DNA of 32,000 nucleotides from Pyrodictium occultum (GTDB taxonomy: Archaea > Thermoproteota > Thermoprotei_A > Sulfolobales > Pyrodictiaceae). Numbering within the stretch: position 1 is the first letter of the stretch; every line of letters begins with the position of its first letter. Location: positions 1,469,249 through 1,501,248 of the forward strand of contig NZ_LNTB01000001.1 in assembly GCF_001462395.1 (NCBI RefSeq), in the 5' to 3' direction. A model generated the notes under the pieces. That model was not told the DNA's origin. It saw only the letters and a program-made list of their open reading frames with translations, and did no database searches. The translations under genes were made by a program, and so were the position numbers. Positions 1-7,524 of the stretch are shown here, piece after piece.

Positions 1-1301
1 GATACAGCCTCGAGATCGCCAAGAAATATGCAGATAATTCTCTCGAGATAAAGAACCTGCTAGAGGGCCTAAAAGGTAATTACATCGAGCCATCGCCTGG
101 CGGAGATGTGATAAGGAATCCTGAGGCTTTGCCGACCGGGAGAAACATCTACCAATTCGACCCGCTAAAAGTGCCGACGGAGGCTGCAACAGAGAGGGGC
201 AGATACATTGCAAGAGAGACTCTGAGAAAGTACTTTGAGAAGCATGGAAGATATCCCGAGAGCGTTGGGGTAGTGCTATGGGGCTTTGAGACGGCTAAGA
301 CCTATGGCGAGACCGTTGCACAGATATTTGAGTATCTGGGGGTTGAGGTTATCCACAAATCGCCCTGGGAGAAGGAGCTCAGAGTCATACCCCTCAGCGA
401 GCTTGGCCACCCACGTATAGATGTCGTGGTCACAATATGCGGGTTCTTCAGGGAAATGTTTCCAAACGTGATGGCTTTGATAGATAGGGCCGTGAAGCTT
501 GTCGCGGAGCTCGATGAACCCGAGGAGCTCAACTTTGTCAAGAAGCATGTAAAGGAGCTTAGAGGCTTTGGAAGTCTCGCAAAGGTAAGAATCTTCGGGC
601 CGAGAGCAACAGAGTATGGCACTAGGATGCTCCAGCTAGTCGAAGACAGCGCCTGGAAAGATGAGGCAGACTTAGCTGAGGCCTACATGGAATCAATGAG
701 CTACGCGTATGGTGAAGGCATATACTCTCAAAAGGCGAGGCAACTATTCGAAGACCTGCTAAAGAGGGTCGACATGGTTACACAAGTCAGAGACTCACAA
801 GACTATGAGATTACGGATCTAGACCACTACTACGAGTTCTTCGGCGGCTTAGCGAAGTCCGTTGAGCAGCTAAGAGGGAAGAAGCCAGAGATGCTGATAG
901 CCGACACAACCGGGGAGATGGTGAAGGTCGAAGACGTTAGAGAGTCGATAACAAGGGGGACAATAACGAGAACTTTAAACCCGAAGTGGATAGAAGCTAT
1001 GCTGAAACACGGGTTCCACGGAGCCCAGAAGATAGCTGATAGAGTAGAGTATCTCCTTGGCCTAGCTGCGACTACCGGGGCGGTCGAGAACTGGGTCTGG
1101 GACAAGGTTGCTGAGCGCTTTGTGCTCGATGAAAACCTCTTCGAGAGGATAAAGAGCAGCAACCCATATGCAGCAAAGAAGATCCTAGAGAGGCTTCTTG
1201 AGGCAAGCGAAAGAGGTTACTGGAAGGCGGACAGGAAGGTGCTTAAAAAGATAAAAGAGAGGTATATGGAGCTTGACGCGATGCTTGAGGAGGAAGCTTA
1301 G
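1..1301 (+). CDS. cobN: Cobaltochelatase CobN / Mg-chelatase H-family large subunit, C-terminal part (5' end lies outside the window)
   Basis: Frame 3 is open from the window edge (YSLEIAKKYADNSLEIKNLLEGLKGNYIEPSPGGDVIRNPEALPTGRNIYQFDP). The PTGRN region and the following ~390 aa match the conserved CobN/ChlH C-terminal domain as I recall it. Stop is TAG at 1299-1301. GC is much lower than in the rest of the window. Confidence 0.85.
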   Translation, partial: YSLEIAKKYADNSLEIKNLLEGLKGNYIEPSPGGDVIRNPEALPTGRNIYQFDPLKVPTEAATERGRYIARETLRKYFEKHGRYPESVGVVLWGFETAKTYGETVAQIFEYLGVEVIHKSPWEKELRVIPLSELGHPRIDVVVTICGFFREMFPNVMALIDRAVKLVAELDEPEELNFVKKHVKELRGFGSLAKVRIFGPRATEYGTRMLQLVEDSAWKDEADLAEAYMESMSYAYGEGIYSQKARQLFEDLLKRVDMVTQVRDSQDYEITDLDHYYEFFGGLAKSVEQLRGKKPEMLIADTTGEMVKVEDVRESITRGTITRTLNPKWIEAMLKHGFHGAQKIADRVEYLLGLAATTGAVENWVWDKVAERFVLDENLFERIKSSNPYAAKKILERLLEASERGYWKADRKVLKKIKERYMELDAMLEEEA

Positions 1302-1443
1302 AGGCTCCTTTATGCTGCGAGCCTCATTCCTGCAGGGCTCCGCCGCATCACGCTTTTAGGGCCTGGCCGTAGTGCACCACGAGGTACTCCTGTCCTCCGC
1401 TCCACTCTTTTCGTAGTCAACGGCTATAGGATGCTGTTTGATG

Positions 1444-2217
1444 CTAGGGCTTCAGCAGCTCCGAGCCCGCCCGGGCCAGCTCGCTCAGGGTGCGGCGGCT
1501 CTCGGCCTGGAGCCTGGAGCTGGAGAGGAGGCGGCGGCTCAGCCTGGAGGCGAGCCTGAGGACCTCGCGCAGCATCTCCACCTCCGGGCCCTCGTAGCCC
1601 AGCTCCCCGGCTCGCCGCAGCAGCTTGGCCGCCAGCTCCAGCTCGTTGAAGGCTAGCATCCTCAGCCGGGCAAGGTCCTGCCGGGCCAGCCTCGGCTTGG
1701 CCGCCAGCCGGCGCAGCTCCTCGAGCACGCCCTCGGGGTCTATGCTGGCTATCTGTATCCGGAGCAGCTCCGTCTCCGGGTCGAGCTCCTCGTCCTCCTC
1801 CCCCGCGGGCTCGGCGGCTTCGACGCCCCGGTCGTAGGCCTCCAGCGCCTCCACCACCGCGTCCAGGTCTAGGAACCTCCACCAGTGCTGGTTGCTGCTC
1901 CGGTAGCTCGTCTCGATGACCCCGTAGCCCCGCTCCAGGGCGCGGAGGAGCATTGAGGGGTTATAGTCCATCCCCCACGCCTTGAGCCTGGCCACGACCT
2001 CGCGGTGGCTGAAGTCGCCCAGGCGGACCCCACGGCGCCCCCGGGAGGCGAGCGCAGCGTCCACAGCGGCGCGGAGCACGGCGTAGCCTCTCTCACCGTA
2101 CTCCGCGAGAAACTCCAGCACCCTCTCCCTCACACCGGGCGCCGCGGGGTCCAACGGCAGACACCCCTCCTTCTCCCCGGAGCCCCCGGGGACCTTGGTA
2201 TAGCTCCGGGGTAACAT
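1444..2217 (-). CDS. Hypothetical protein, 257 aa (N-terminal part possibly winged-helix-like, acidic linker, Leu/Arg-rich helical C-terminus)
   Basis: This is the longest ORF at the locus and has the least low-complexity translation. Overlapping frames give Gly/Arg/Pro junk. TATA-like CTGATAATA lies about 50 nt upstream on the minus strand. I recognise no family. Confidence 0.55.
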   Translation of the reverse strand: MLPRSYTKVPGGSGEKEGCLPLDPAAPGVRERVLEFLAEYGERGYAVLRAAVDAALASRGRRGVRLGDFSHREVVARLKAWGMDYNPSMLLRALERGYGVIETSYRSSNQHWWRFLDLDAVVEALEAYDRGVEAAEPAGEEDEELDPETELLRIQIASIDPEGVLEELRRLAAKPRLARQDLARLRMLAFNELELAAKLLRRAGELGYEGPEVEMLREVLRLASRLSRRLLSSSRLQAESRRTLSELARAGSELLKP

Positions 2218-2339
2218 CTAGAAGCGGGGTACAGTCCTGGAGCCCCGCCTGGCCGAAGCCCCGGCGTATTATCAGGAGCTACCCCCGGGTAGCCCCGCCG
2301 GTGGAGGCCTGGCGGCGCCGGGAGGGGGGACCCGGGCGT

Positions 2340-3278
2340 CTAGGAGGCTGGGCTCTCCCCGTGGCGGCTCCTCGCTGCCTGGTAGAGCCTCCTCCCGGCC
2401 TCTAGGGCCCAGCTCCCGGCCTCCAGCCGGCCTAGCAGCCCCGGGTCAACTGCCTCGAGCCCGCCGTGGGCGGCGGCGAGCGCGGCCGCCATAGCCGCGG
2501 CGGCGTCGGCGGAGCCGGGGGCTACGGCCGCAGCGGTCCTGGCCGCCTCGAGCGGGTTGCCCGGGCTCTCCATGTAGGCGTAGAGGGCTGCAGCGAAGGG
2601 GTGGGGGTCGCCGCCCGGCACCGGGGCTAGGAGCCTCGCCGCTCTCCCCAGGGGCTCCCCTGCCAGGTCCTCGAGCCTCGCCATCAGCTCTCTGAGCACC
2701 GGGTCCCCTGCCTCGTCGGCGAGCACGCCGGCCAGCCGGCGGGGGCTTAGCCCCCGGAGCGTCTCGTAGAGGGCTATCACGTATAGCCTCGCGGCCTCCA
2801 CGTCGTGGCTGCTGGTATGCGTCACGAGCGTCTGGGCCTCAGCCATGGAGGCGGCTACGCGCCTGGAGCGGTAGAAGAGGGCTATTGGCACCGCCCGCGC
2901 GGCCGCGTCCATCCTGGGCCCGTCCTGGAGGGGCTGGCGCCTCGCCTCCCACCAGGGCTTGCCCCGCCGGATCCCGTTTATCGCCGCGGCGGTGGCCGGG
3001 TGGTAGAGGCGGAGCGGGTTCTCCACGTCGGCGCGGCTGGCAAGGGCCTCCGCGTAGCCGCGGGGGTTGAAGCCGCAGTTCTCGGCGACGCTCTCGGCGA
3101 GCAGGAGCATCATCTCGGCGATGCTCCCGTAGGCGTAGAGCCCGTCAACCACTATGCCCGGCGCGCCGGGCGCCCCAGTCATGGCCACCGGGAGGCCGAC
3201 CGCGTCACCCAGTACAGCTGCTAGGAGCACCTCCTGGAACAGCCTTGCAGCGCTATCCAGCGGCTCTAGGAGCGGCAC
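2340..3278 (-). CDS. ADP-ribosylglycohydrolase (ARH/DraG) family protein, 312 aa
   Basis: The N-terminal AAVLGDAVGLPV resembles the ARH GDALG metal-binding motif. The C-terminal GSADAAAAMAAALAAAHGG aligns to the family GGDTDT-x-AA-x-AGA-x-x-GA motif but is partly degenerate. GTG start at 3278. Confidence 0.6.
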   Translation of the reverse strand: MPLLEPLDSAARLFQEVLLAAVLGDAVGLPVAMTGAPGAPGIVVDGLYAYGSIAEMMLLLAESVAENCGFNPRGYAEALASRADVENPLRLYHPATAAAINGIRRGKPWWEARRQPLQDGPRMDAAARAVPIALFYRSRRVAASMAEAQTLVTHTSSHDVEAARLYVIALYETLRGLSPRRLAGVLADEAGDPVLRELMARLEDLAGEPLGRAARLLAPVPGGDPHPFAAALYAYMESPGNPLEAARTAAAVAPGSADAAAAMAAALAAAHGGLEAVDPGLLGRLEAGSWALEAGRRLYQAARSRHGESPAS

Positions 3279-3322
3279 TGCCTAGGCCCTATCCGTCCAC
3301 GCTCAGCCGGCGGGGGGCTTAT

Positions 3323-3721
3323 CTACCCAGCCCCGCTCAACAGCCTTCTCAGCTCCACGCTGCAGAGATCCTGGGGCAGCTCCTCCACCCCAAGGGCCTC
3401 CAGCCTGGCGCGGAGCCTCCTCAGCCTCCCGAGGAGCATGGTCCTCCACACGGCAGAGGCGCCGGCTGCCGCTGCCCCGAGGGTGAAGAGGCCCTCTAGC
3501 AGCGCCTCCGCGGCCCTGGTAAGCCGGGCCGAGGGGAGAAGCAGCCCAGGCACAGCGACCACCACTATGAGTACCACAAGCGCGTTAAGCCTCTCCAGCC
3601 TTAGACTCCTCTCAACCCTCCCGAGAAAGTCTAGGGCAGCGCTCCTCCGGCAGGGGAGCGTGTAGCCCATCAATATCCCGCTGCGGTCCAAGATCAGGGA
3701 AGCCCCCAGGAATTGAGCCAC
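3323..3721 (-). CDS. Hypothetical small protein with one predicted transmembrane helix, 132 aa
   Basis: ORF with a GTG start. A hydrophobic segment LNALVVLIVVVAVPGLLL is present. A minus-strand TATA-like ATTTATA (3743-3749) sits 22-30 nt upstream of the start codon, consistent with a leaderless transcript. Confidence 0.45.
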   Translation of the reverse strand: MAQFLGASLILDRSGILMGYTLPCRRSAALDFLGRVERSLRLERLNALVVLIVVVAVPGLLLPSARLTRAAEALLEGLFTLGAAAAGASAVWRTMLLGRLRRLRARLEALGVEELPQDLCSVELRRLLSGAG

Positions 3722-3742
3722 TAGCGCACCGCCCAGGGGGAG

Positions 3743-3749
3743 TATAAAT
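3743..3749 (-). promoter_or_regulatory. TATA-like box (ATTTATA on the minus strand) for the 3323..3721 gene
   Basis: This is the only AT-rich heptamer in the 40-nt spacer between the tauE-like stop and the downstream start. Its spacing to the start codon fits archaeal leaderless promoters. Confidence 0.4.
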
Positions 3750-3761
3750 CAAGCCACCCGG

Positions 3762-4568
3762 CTAGCCCGCATGCATCAATGCGAGCCCGCTCAGCAGCAG
3801 CTTGACCGAGACCGCCGCGAATATTATGGCGAATAGCTGCCTCAGCCGGACTACGGCCCAGCCAGGCGTCCTAGGCACAAGCCTGGCGCCAACCACAGCA
3901 CCCACTATGATGCCCACAGCTAGTAGGACTGCGTCCACCACACTAGCCGCGCCTATAGCCAGCTTCTGGGCAGAGGACACTAGCACAGCCCACACGAGCG
4001 AGGACATGGCAGTCATCACCGCTACCCCGGGCTCGGCGCCCAGCACGTATATTGAGACCGGTATCACGATGCAGGTCCCGAGCCCTAGGAACCCTGCCCC
4101 GAAGCCGTCCACGAGGCCCAGCAGGGACTTCGCCACAGCGCCTCCAGGCATGCGCCGGGCGAGCTGCCTCCCCGCGAGTACCCTGGCGCCCCTTACCGTT
4201 TCCCATACCATTCTGAACGCGGCGTAGGCGAAGACGGCGCTCAGGCTGAGCAACAGCACCCACGGCTTCCTGGCCGCCGCGGCGTAGAGGAGGTCGCCTA
4301 TAGCAGCCCCGAGGGCGCCCCACGCGCCGAGGACGAGCATGGACCTCCGGTCTATCATCCTGAGCCCGGCCCGCGTGGTTATTATGCTGGCGCTTATGAG
4401 CACAGCCAACGCGGTCGTACCCACCGCGACGGGCACAGGCTCCTTAAAAATAATCATAAGCACTGCTGGAAGCATTACCGCGCAGCCGCCTAGGCCGAGG
4501 TAGCCGCCCATAATGTTTAGTACAAAGCCTATCACCGGTGCTAGGGCGAGCTGTTGGACCCCCTGCAC
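3762..4568 (-). CDS. TauE/SafE (DUF81) family sulfite/anion exporter-like membrane protein, 268 aa
   Basis: The protein is hydrophobic throughout with multiple TM segments. The N-terminal IMGGYLGLGGCAVMLP and a second GFGAGFLGLG repeat are typical of the duplicated TauE/SafE architecture. GTG start at 4568. Confidence 0.75.
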   Translation of the reverse strand: MQGVQQLALAPVIGFVLNIMGGYLGLGGCAVMLPAVLMIIFKEPVPVAVGTTALAVLISASIITTRAGLRMIDRRSMLVLGAWGALGAAIGDLLYAAAARKPWVLLLSLSAVFAYAAFRMVWETVRGARVLAGRQLARRMPGGAVAKSLLGLVDGFGAGFLGLGTCIVIPVSIYVLGAEPGVAVMTAMSSLVWAVLVSSAQKLAIGAASVVDAVLLAVGIIVGAVVGARLVPRTPGWAVVRLRQLFAIIFAAVSVKLLLSGLALMHAG

Positions 4569-4607
4569 CCTATCACCGATAGGGCATTTCCTACAGGACA
4601 GTTGCAG

Positions 4608-4619
4608 TTATTAATTTAT
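4608..4619 (-). promoter_or_regulatory. TATA-like box (ATAAATTAATAA on the minus strand) for the tauE-like gene
   Basis: This is the strongest AT-rich element in the divergent 4569-4759 intergenic region. It lies 40-51 nt upstream of the GTG start at 4568. Confidence 0.4.
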
Positions 4620-4627
4620 CTACGTCG

Positions 4628-4667
4628 CATAATACGACATAATACGATATAGTGATACGATATAGTG
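4628..4667. repeat. Tandem direct repeats with an ATACGA core: CATAATACGA x2 (4628-4647) followed by ATACGATATAGTG x2 (4642-4667)
   Basis: Read directly from the sequence. Both repeat pairs are perfect. ATACGA occurs at 4632, 4642 and 4655. The repeats lie between the divergent tauE-like and PadR genes. Confidence 0.8.
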
Positions 4668-4768
4668 GCGACATGGTAGCGGCAAACCGCCCAGAGCCGC
4701 TGGAGCGCGCTGCGCCGCCGCCCCGGAGAGGGCTTTAGAGGCTAGACGCCCCCAGACGGTTGGGAGCA

Positions 4769-5101
4769 ATGCCGCGCCAGGGCTGTATACCCTACATACA
4801 GCTAGCCATACTCATACTCCTCGAGAAGCAGGGGCCTCTATGCGGCTACGGTCTCTACAAGAGGCTACGCGCAGCCGGCCTCGACGTGAGCGAGGCCGTC
4901 GTATACACAGCCCTCTCCCGGATGTCGCAGCGCGGCCTCGTGAGAGCCGTCAGAGGCGAGAAAGATGGGAGACAGGTAGTGCTCTACGAGATAACGGAGA
5001 AGGGGGTATTCAAGCTCCGCAAGCTCTACAGCGTCTTCTGGGAGCTGAGCAGGGCTATCGAGGCGCTGGCGGAGGGGCCGGAGACCGGCGCCGGGAAGTA
5101 G
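4769..5101 (+). CDS. PadR-family winged-helix transcriptional regulator, about 110 aa
   Basis: IPYIQLAILILLEKQGPLCGYGLYKRL...VVYTALSRMSQRGLVRAV...VLYEITEKG is the typical PadR wHTH pattern. ATG is at 4769. The ORF track uses an in-frame TTG at 4760. Confidence 0.8.
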   Translation: MPRQGCIPYIQLAILILLEKQGPLCGYGLYKRLRAAGLDVSEAVVYTALSRMSQRGLVRAVRGEKDGRQVVLYEITEKGVFKLRKLYSVFWELSRAIEALAEGPETGAGK

Positions 5102-5416
5102 TCCCCAGGCTCTATGGGGCCATGCCGGGCCTTCAGCCAGTAGCGTCGGCATTCCCCAGTCCATGGCCGGTTGCAGCAGCGCTCCATTCTAGCAAGAGAA
5201 ACGCGTATAGCAAAACAATGATAGATGGAATCCACCGGCCTCCTGCAAAGGACAACCCAGGAGCATGCAATGCTCTGCGGCACTCCCGCCCCCAAGATGC
5301 TCGAGGTAGGCGCACATGGATGATAGACGTCCTGAAGGTCCTCGCCCAGCGCGGCTCCTGCCCCAGGAAGCTTCCCCTTAGGAGACTCTTCCCCGGAGGC
5401 TCCGGGGTGTAGGGCG

Positions 5417-5782
5417 ATGGTGTGGGTCGAGGAGGGTGCAAAGCACGTAGTGCTAGTATTTAGTAGGGAGGGAGGGAGAGTCATATCCCGGGCTCTTATG
5501 AAGCTGCATGAGCTCCGGAGCCGCGATCCCAAGGTTAGCTCGAGGTTCGTGATACACGTGGTCTCGCCATTGGGAAGGGTAGAGTACATGGAGCTGTTGA
5601 GGACGCTCATCCAGAACAATATAGTCTATACGCTTTCGGTCCGGTATCATGGAGAAGACCTGGGGAGCCTGGAGGACCTCGCCAGGAAGCTGGGTGATGA
5701 AGCCGTCTATATTGTTGACTCTCATTTGCCGGAGTATATTTCTATCTTGCGAGAGCATGGTTTAAACCCTGTGGTTGTCTAG
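5417..5782 (+). CDS. Hypothetical protein, 121 aa, immediately upstream of the radical SAM gene
   Basis: Clean ORF with ordinary amino-acid composition, unlike the overlapping frames. Its stop lies 24 nt before the radical SAM start. GC is clearly lower than in neighbouring genes (about 45-50% on sampled lines). I recognise no family. Confidence 0.55.
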   Translation: MVWVEEGAKHVVLVFSREGGRVISRALMKLHELRSRDPKVSSRFVIHVVSPLGRVEYMELLRTLIQNNIVYTLSVRYHGEDLGSLEDLARKLGDEAVYIVDSHLPEYISILREHGLNPVVV

Positions 5783-5792
5783 GCATAGGCCA

Positions 5793-5799
5793 GGAGGTG
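5793..5799 (+). promoter_or_regulatory. Shine-Dalgarno-like GGAGGTG upstream of the radical SAM GTG start
   Basis: GGAGGTG at 5793-5799 lies 7 nt upstream of the GTG at 5807. This supports translational coupling within an operon with the preceding small ORF. Confidence 0.5.
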
Positions 5800-5806
5800 T
5801 GGGGTA

Positions 5807-7318
5807 GTGAAGGGCTTCGAGATAGTGATCTCCACAGACCGCACCATGATGAGCAACCACCACGGCAGGGAGTTCATAGGCTTCATGACCACGGGGCCTG
5901 CCATAGGGATGCCGGAGCGCGTCTGGATGTGGCTCGCAGCGCCCAAGGTTGAGACCGATGAGCTTGGCAGGCCCCGTGAGGCGCCCTACGGGCTCCGCAA
6001 GATAGAGGCAAAGCTTGTGGATGCAGGCTTCAACGCCGCTATAGTCGACCCCGACCATCTGCATAAGCACTTAGATACTATGAAGGTTCTTATGATAGGT
6101 CATCACGACTACTTCGCCTACGGGCCTCCGAGCAGTGAGTGGTGGATGATAACCGGCAAGGAGCCGGTGAATCGGAGGTCCTTCAGGAGGTTCATGGAGA
6201 GCCCGGCGGTGAGGAAGGCTAAGGAGAAAGGAGTGAAGATCATCGCCGGGGGGCCTGCGGCGTGGCAGTGGCTCTGGTCCCTCGAGGAGTGGCAGAAGTG
6301 GGGCGTGGACACGGTAATCGATGGTGAGGCCGAGAAGGTGGTAGTGGACCTCGCCGAGAGGGCTCTCAGCGGTGGGCCCCTGCCCGACTACATCTACGTA
6401 GGGCCGCAGGACAGCCCGAGCATAGAGGAGATCCCGGTGATAAAGGGCGCTAGCGTCAACGGCCTAGTGGAGATAATGAGGGGGTGCCCGAGGGGCTGCA
6501 AGTTCTGCAGCGTCACCCTCCGCCCGCTCCGCTACATGCCGTTCGACAAGATCGAGGCAGAGATAAAGGTGAACCTCAGGAACGGCGTGAAGTCTGTGAT
6601 ACTCCACAGCGAGGACGTGCTCCTCTATGGTGCTGATGGCGTGAAGCCTAGGCCCGAGCCTCTCATCAAGCTCCATGAGAGGGTTCGCAGGCTCGTCCCT
6701 GGCACCATAGCCTGGAGCCACGCTAGCCTGGCGGCGGTGAAGTACGCGGAGGAGAAGCACCGCCTAGTCTCGAGGATAATGAACGATATAGTGCTCACTA
6801 ACCAGCGTTTCCTCGGCGTTGAGGTAGGCATCGAGACGCTGAGCCCGAGGCTAGCCAAGATAATAATGCCCGCCAAGTCCGCCCCCTATCCGGCCGAGAA
6901 ATGGCCGGACGTGGTTGAGGATGCTTTCAGGATCATGCATGAGAATAACATAATCCCGGCAGGTACGCTGATACTAGGGCTCCCCGAGGAGAGGCCGGAG
7001 GATGTGGAGATGACGGCGGAGATGCTTGATAGGCTGAGGCCCTATAGGAGCCTCATAGTGCCGATGTTCTTCGTGCCGATGGGCGTGCTGAAGAACAGGG
7101 ACTGGTTCAAGAGGAACCTGCTAAGGCCCGAGCACGTGGAGGTGCTTAAGAGGACGCTGCTCCACTCCCTCTACTGGGCCGAGGACATACTGAGCAAGTT
7201 CTACCTCCGGGAGCCGCACATGCTGCCGGTGAGGATGGGCATAGAGGCCTTCATAAAGTATGCCAGGAGGAAGGCTGAGAAGATGCTGCCGAAGATCGAG
7301 GCCATGCTCCGCGCCTAG
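5807..7318 (+). CDS. Radical SAM enzyme with a ~220-aa N-terminal Rossmann/B12-binding-like domain, 503 aa; substrate unknown
   Basis: CPRGCKFC (CxxxCxxC) follows VNGLVEIMRG. These are the only three Cys in the protein, so there is no auxiliary Fe-S (SPASM/twitch) cluster. The downstream TIM-barrel-like region includes GVEVGIET and LILGLPEE. Confidence 0.85.
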   Translation: MKGFEIVISTDRTMMSNHHGREFIGFMTTGPAIGMPERVWMWLAAPKVETDELGRPREAPYGLRKIEAKLVDAGFNAAIVDPDHLHKHLDTMKVLMIGHHDYFAYGPPSSEWWMITGKEPVNRRSFRRFMESPAVRKAKEKGVKIIAGGPAAWQWLWSLEEWQKWGVDTVIDGEAEKVVVDLAERALSGGPLPDYIYVGPQDSPSIEEIPVIKGASVNGLVEIMRGCPRGCKFCSVTLRPLRYMPFDKIEAEIKVNLRNGVKSVILHSEDVLLYGADGVKPRPEPLIKLHERVRRLVPGTIAWSHASLAAVKYAEEKHRLVSRIMNDIVLTNQRFLGVEVGIETLSPRLAKIIMPAKSAPYPAEKWPDVVEDAFRIMHENNIIPAGTLILGLPEERPEDVEMTAEMLDRLRPYRSLIVPMFFVPMGVLKNRDWFKRNLLRPEHVEVLKRTLLHSLYWAEDILSKFYLREPHMLPVRMGIEAFIKYARRKAEKMLPKIEAMLRA

Positions 7319-7524
7319 CCCCCTTTTGCCCGCTCCTGCTCCGCAGTCACTATTCTTTCGGCGCCCGCCGGGGCTTCAGGGCTGAGAAGCGTGTAGGAGG
7401 GACCCACGCCTCCCGCCCGTTAGCGAGGAGAGGGGCACTTCCACCCCTGCCGGGATGTGGAGGGCTTGGAGAGCTCGCCGGCCCCTAAGAGCAGGTGGGG
7501 CGGGGCCTCGGGGGCTGCCGCCTC

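Noticed and set aside
1424-1882. 152-aa Gly/Arg/Ala-rich ORF, plus other short ORFs overlapping 1444..2217
   Set aside because: These are alternative frames of the same GC-rich DNA. Their low-complexity translation is much less protein-like than the 257-aa frame.
4628-4667. Could the tandem repeats be a mini-CRISPR or satellite?
   Set aside because: The repeat units are 10 and 13 bp and directly abutting, with no spacers. That is far too short for CRISPR. I treat them as a regulatory repeat instead.
5102-5416. Possible C/D-box sRNA or small ORF in the 315-nt gap after padR (GGATGATAGACGTCCTGAAGG around 5317-5337)
   Set aside because: The ATGATAG does not match the RUGAUGA C-box. The CTGA follows too closely for a guide region, and there is no second box pair or terminal stem. 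All exact TGATGA occurrences I found elsewhere lie inside coding regions.
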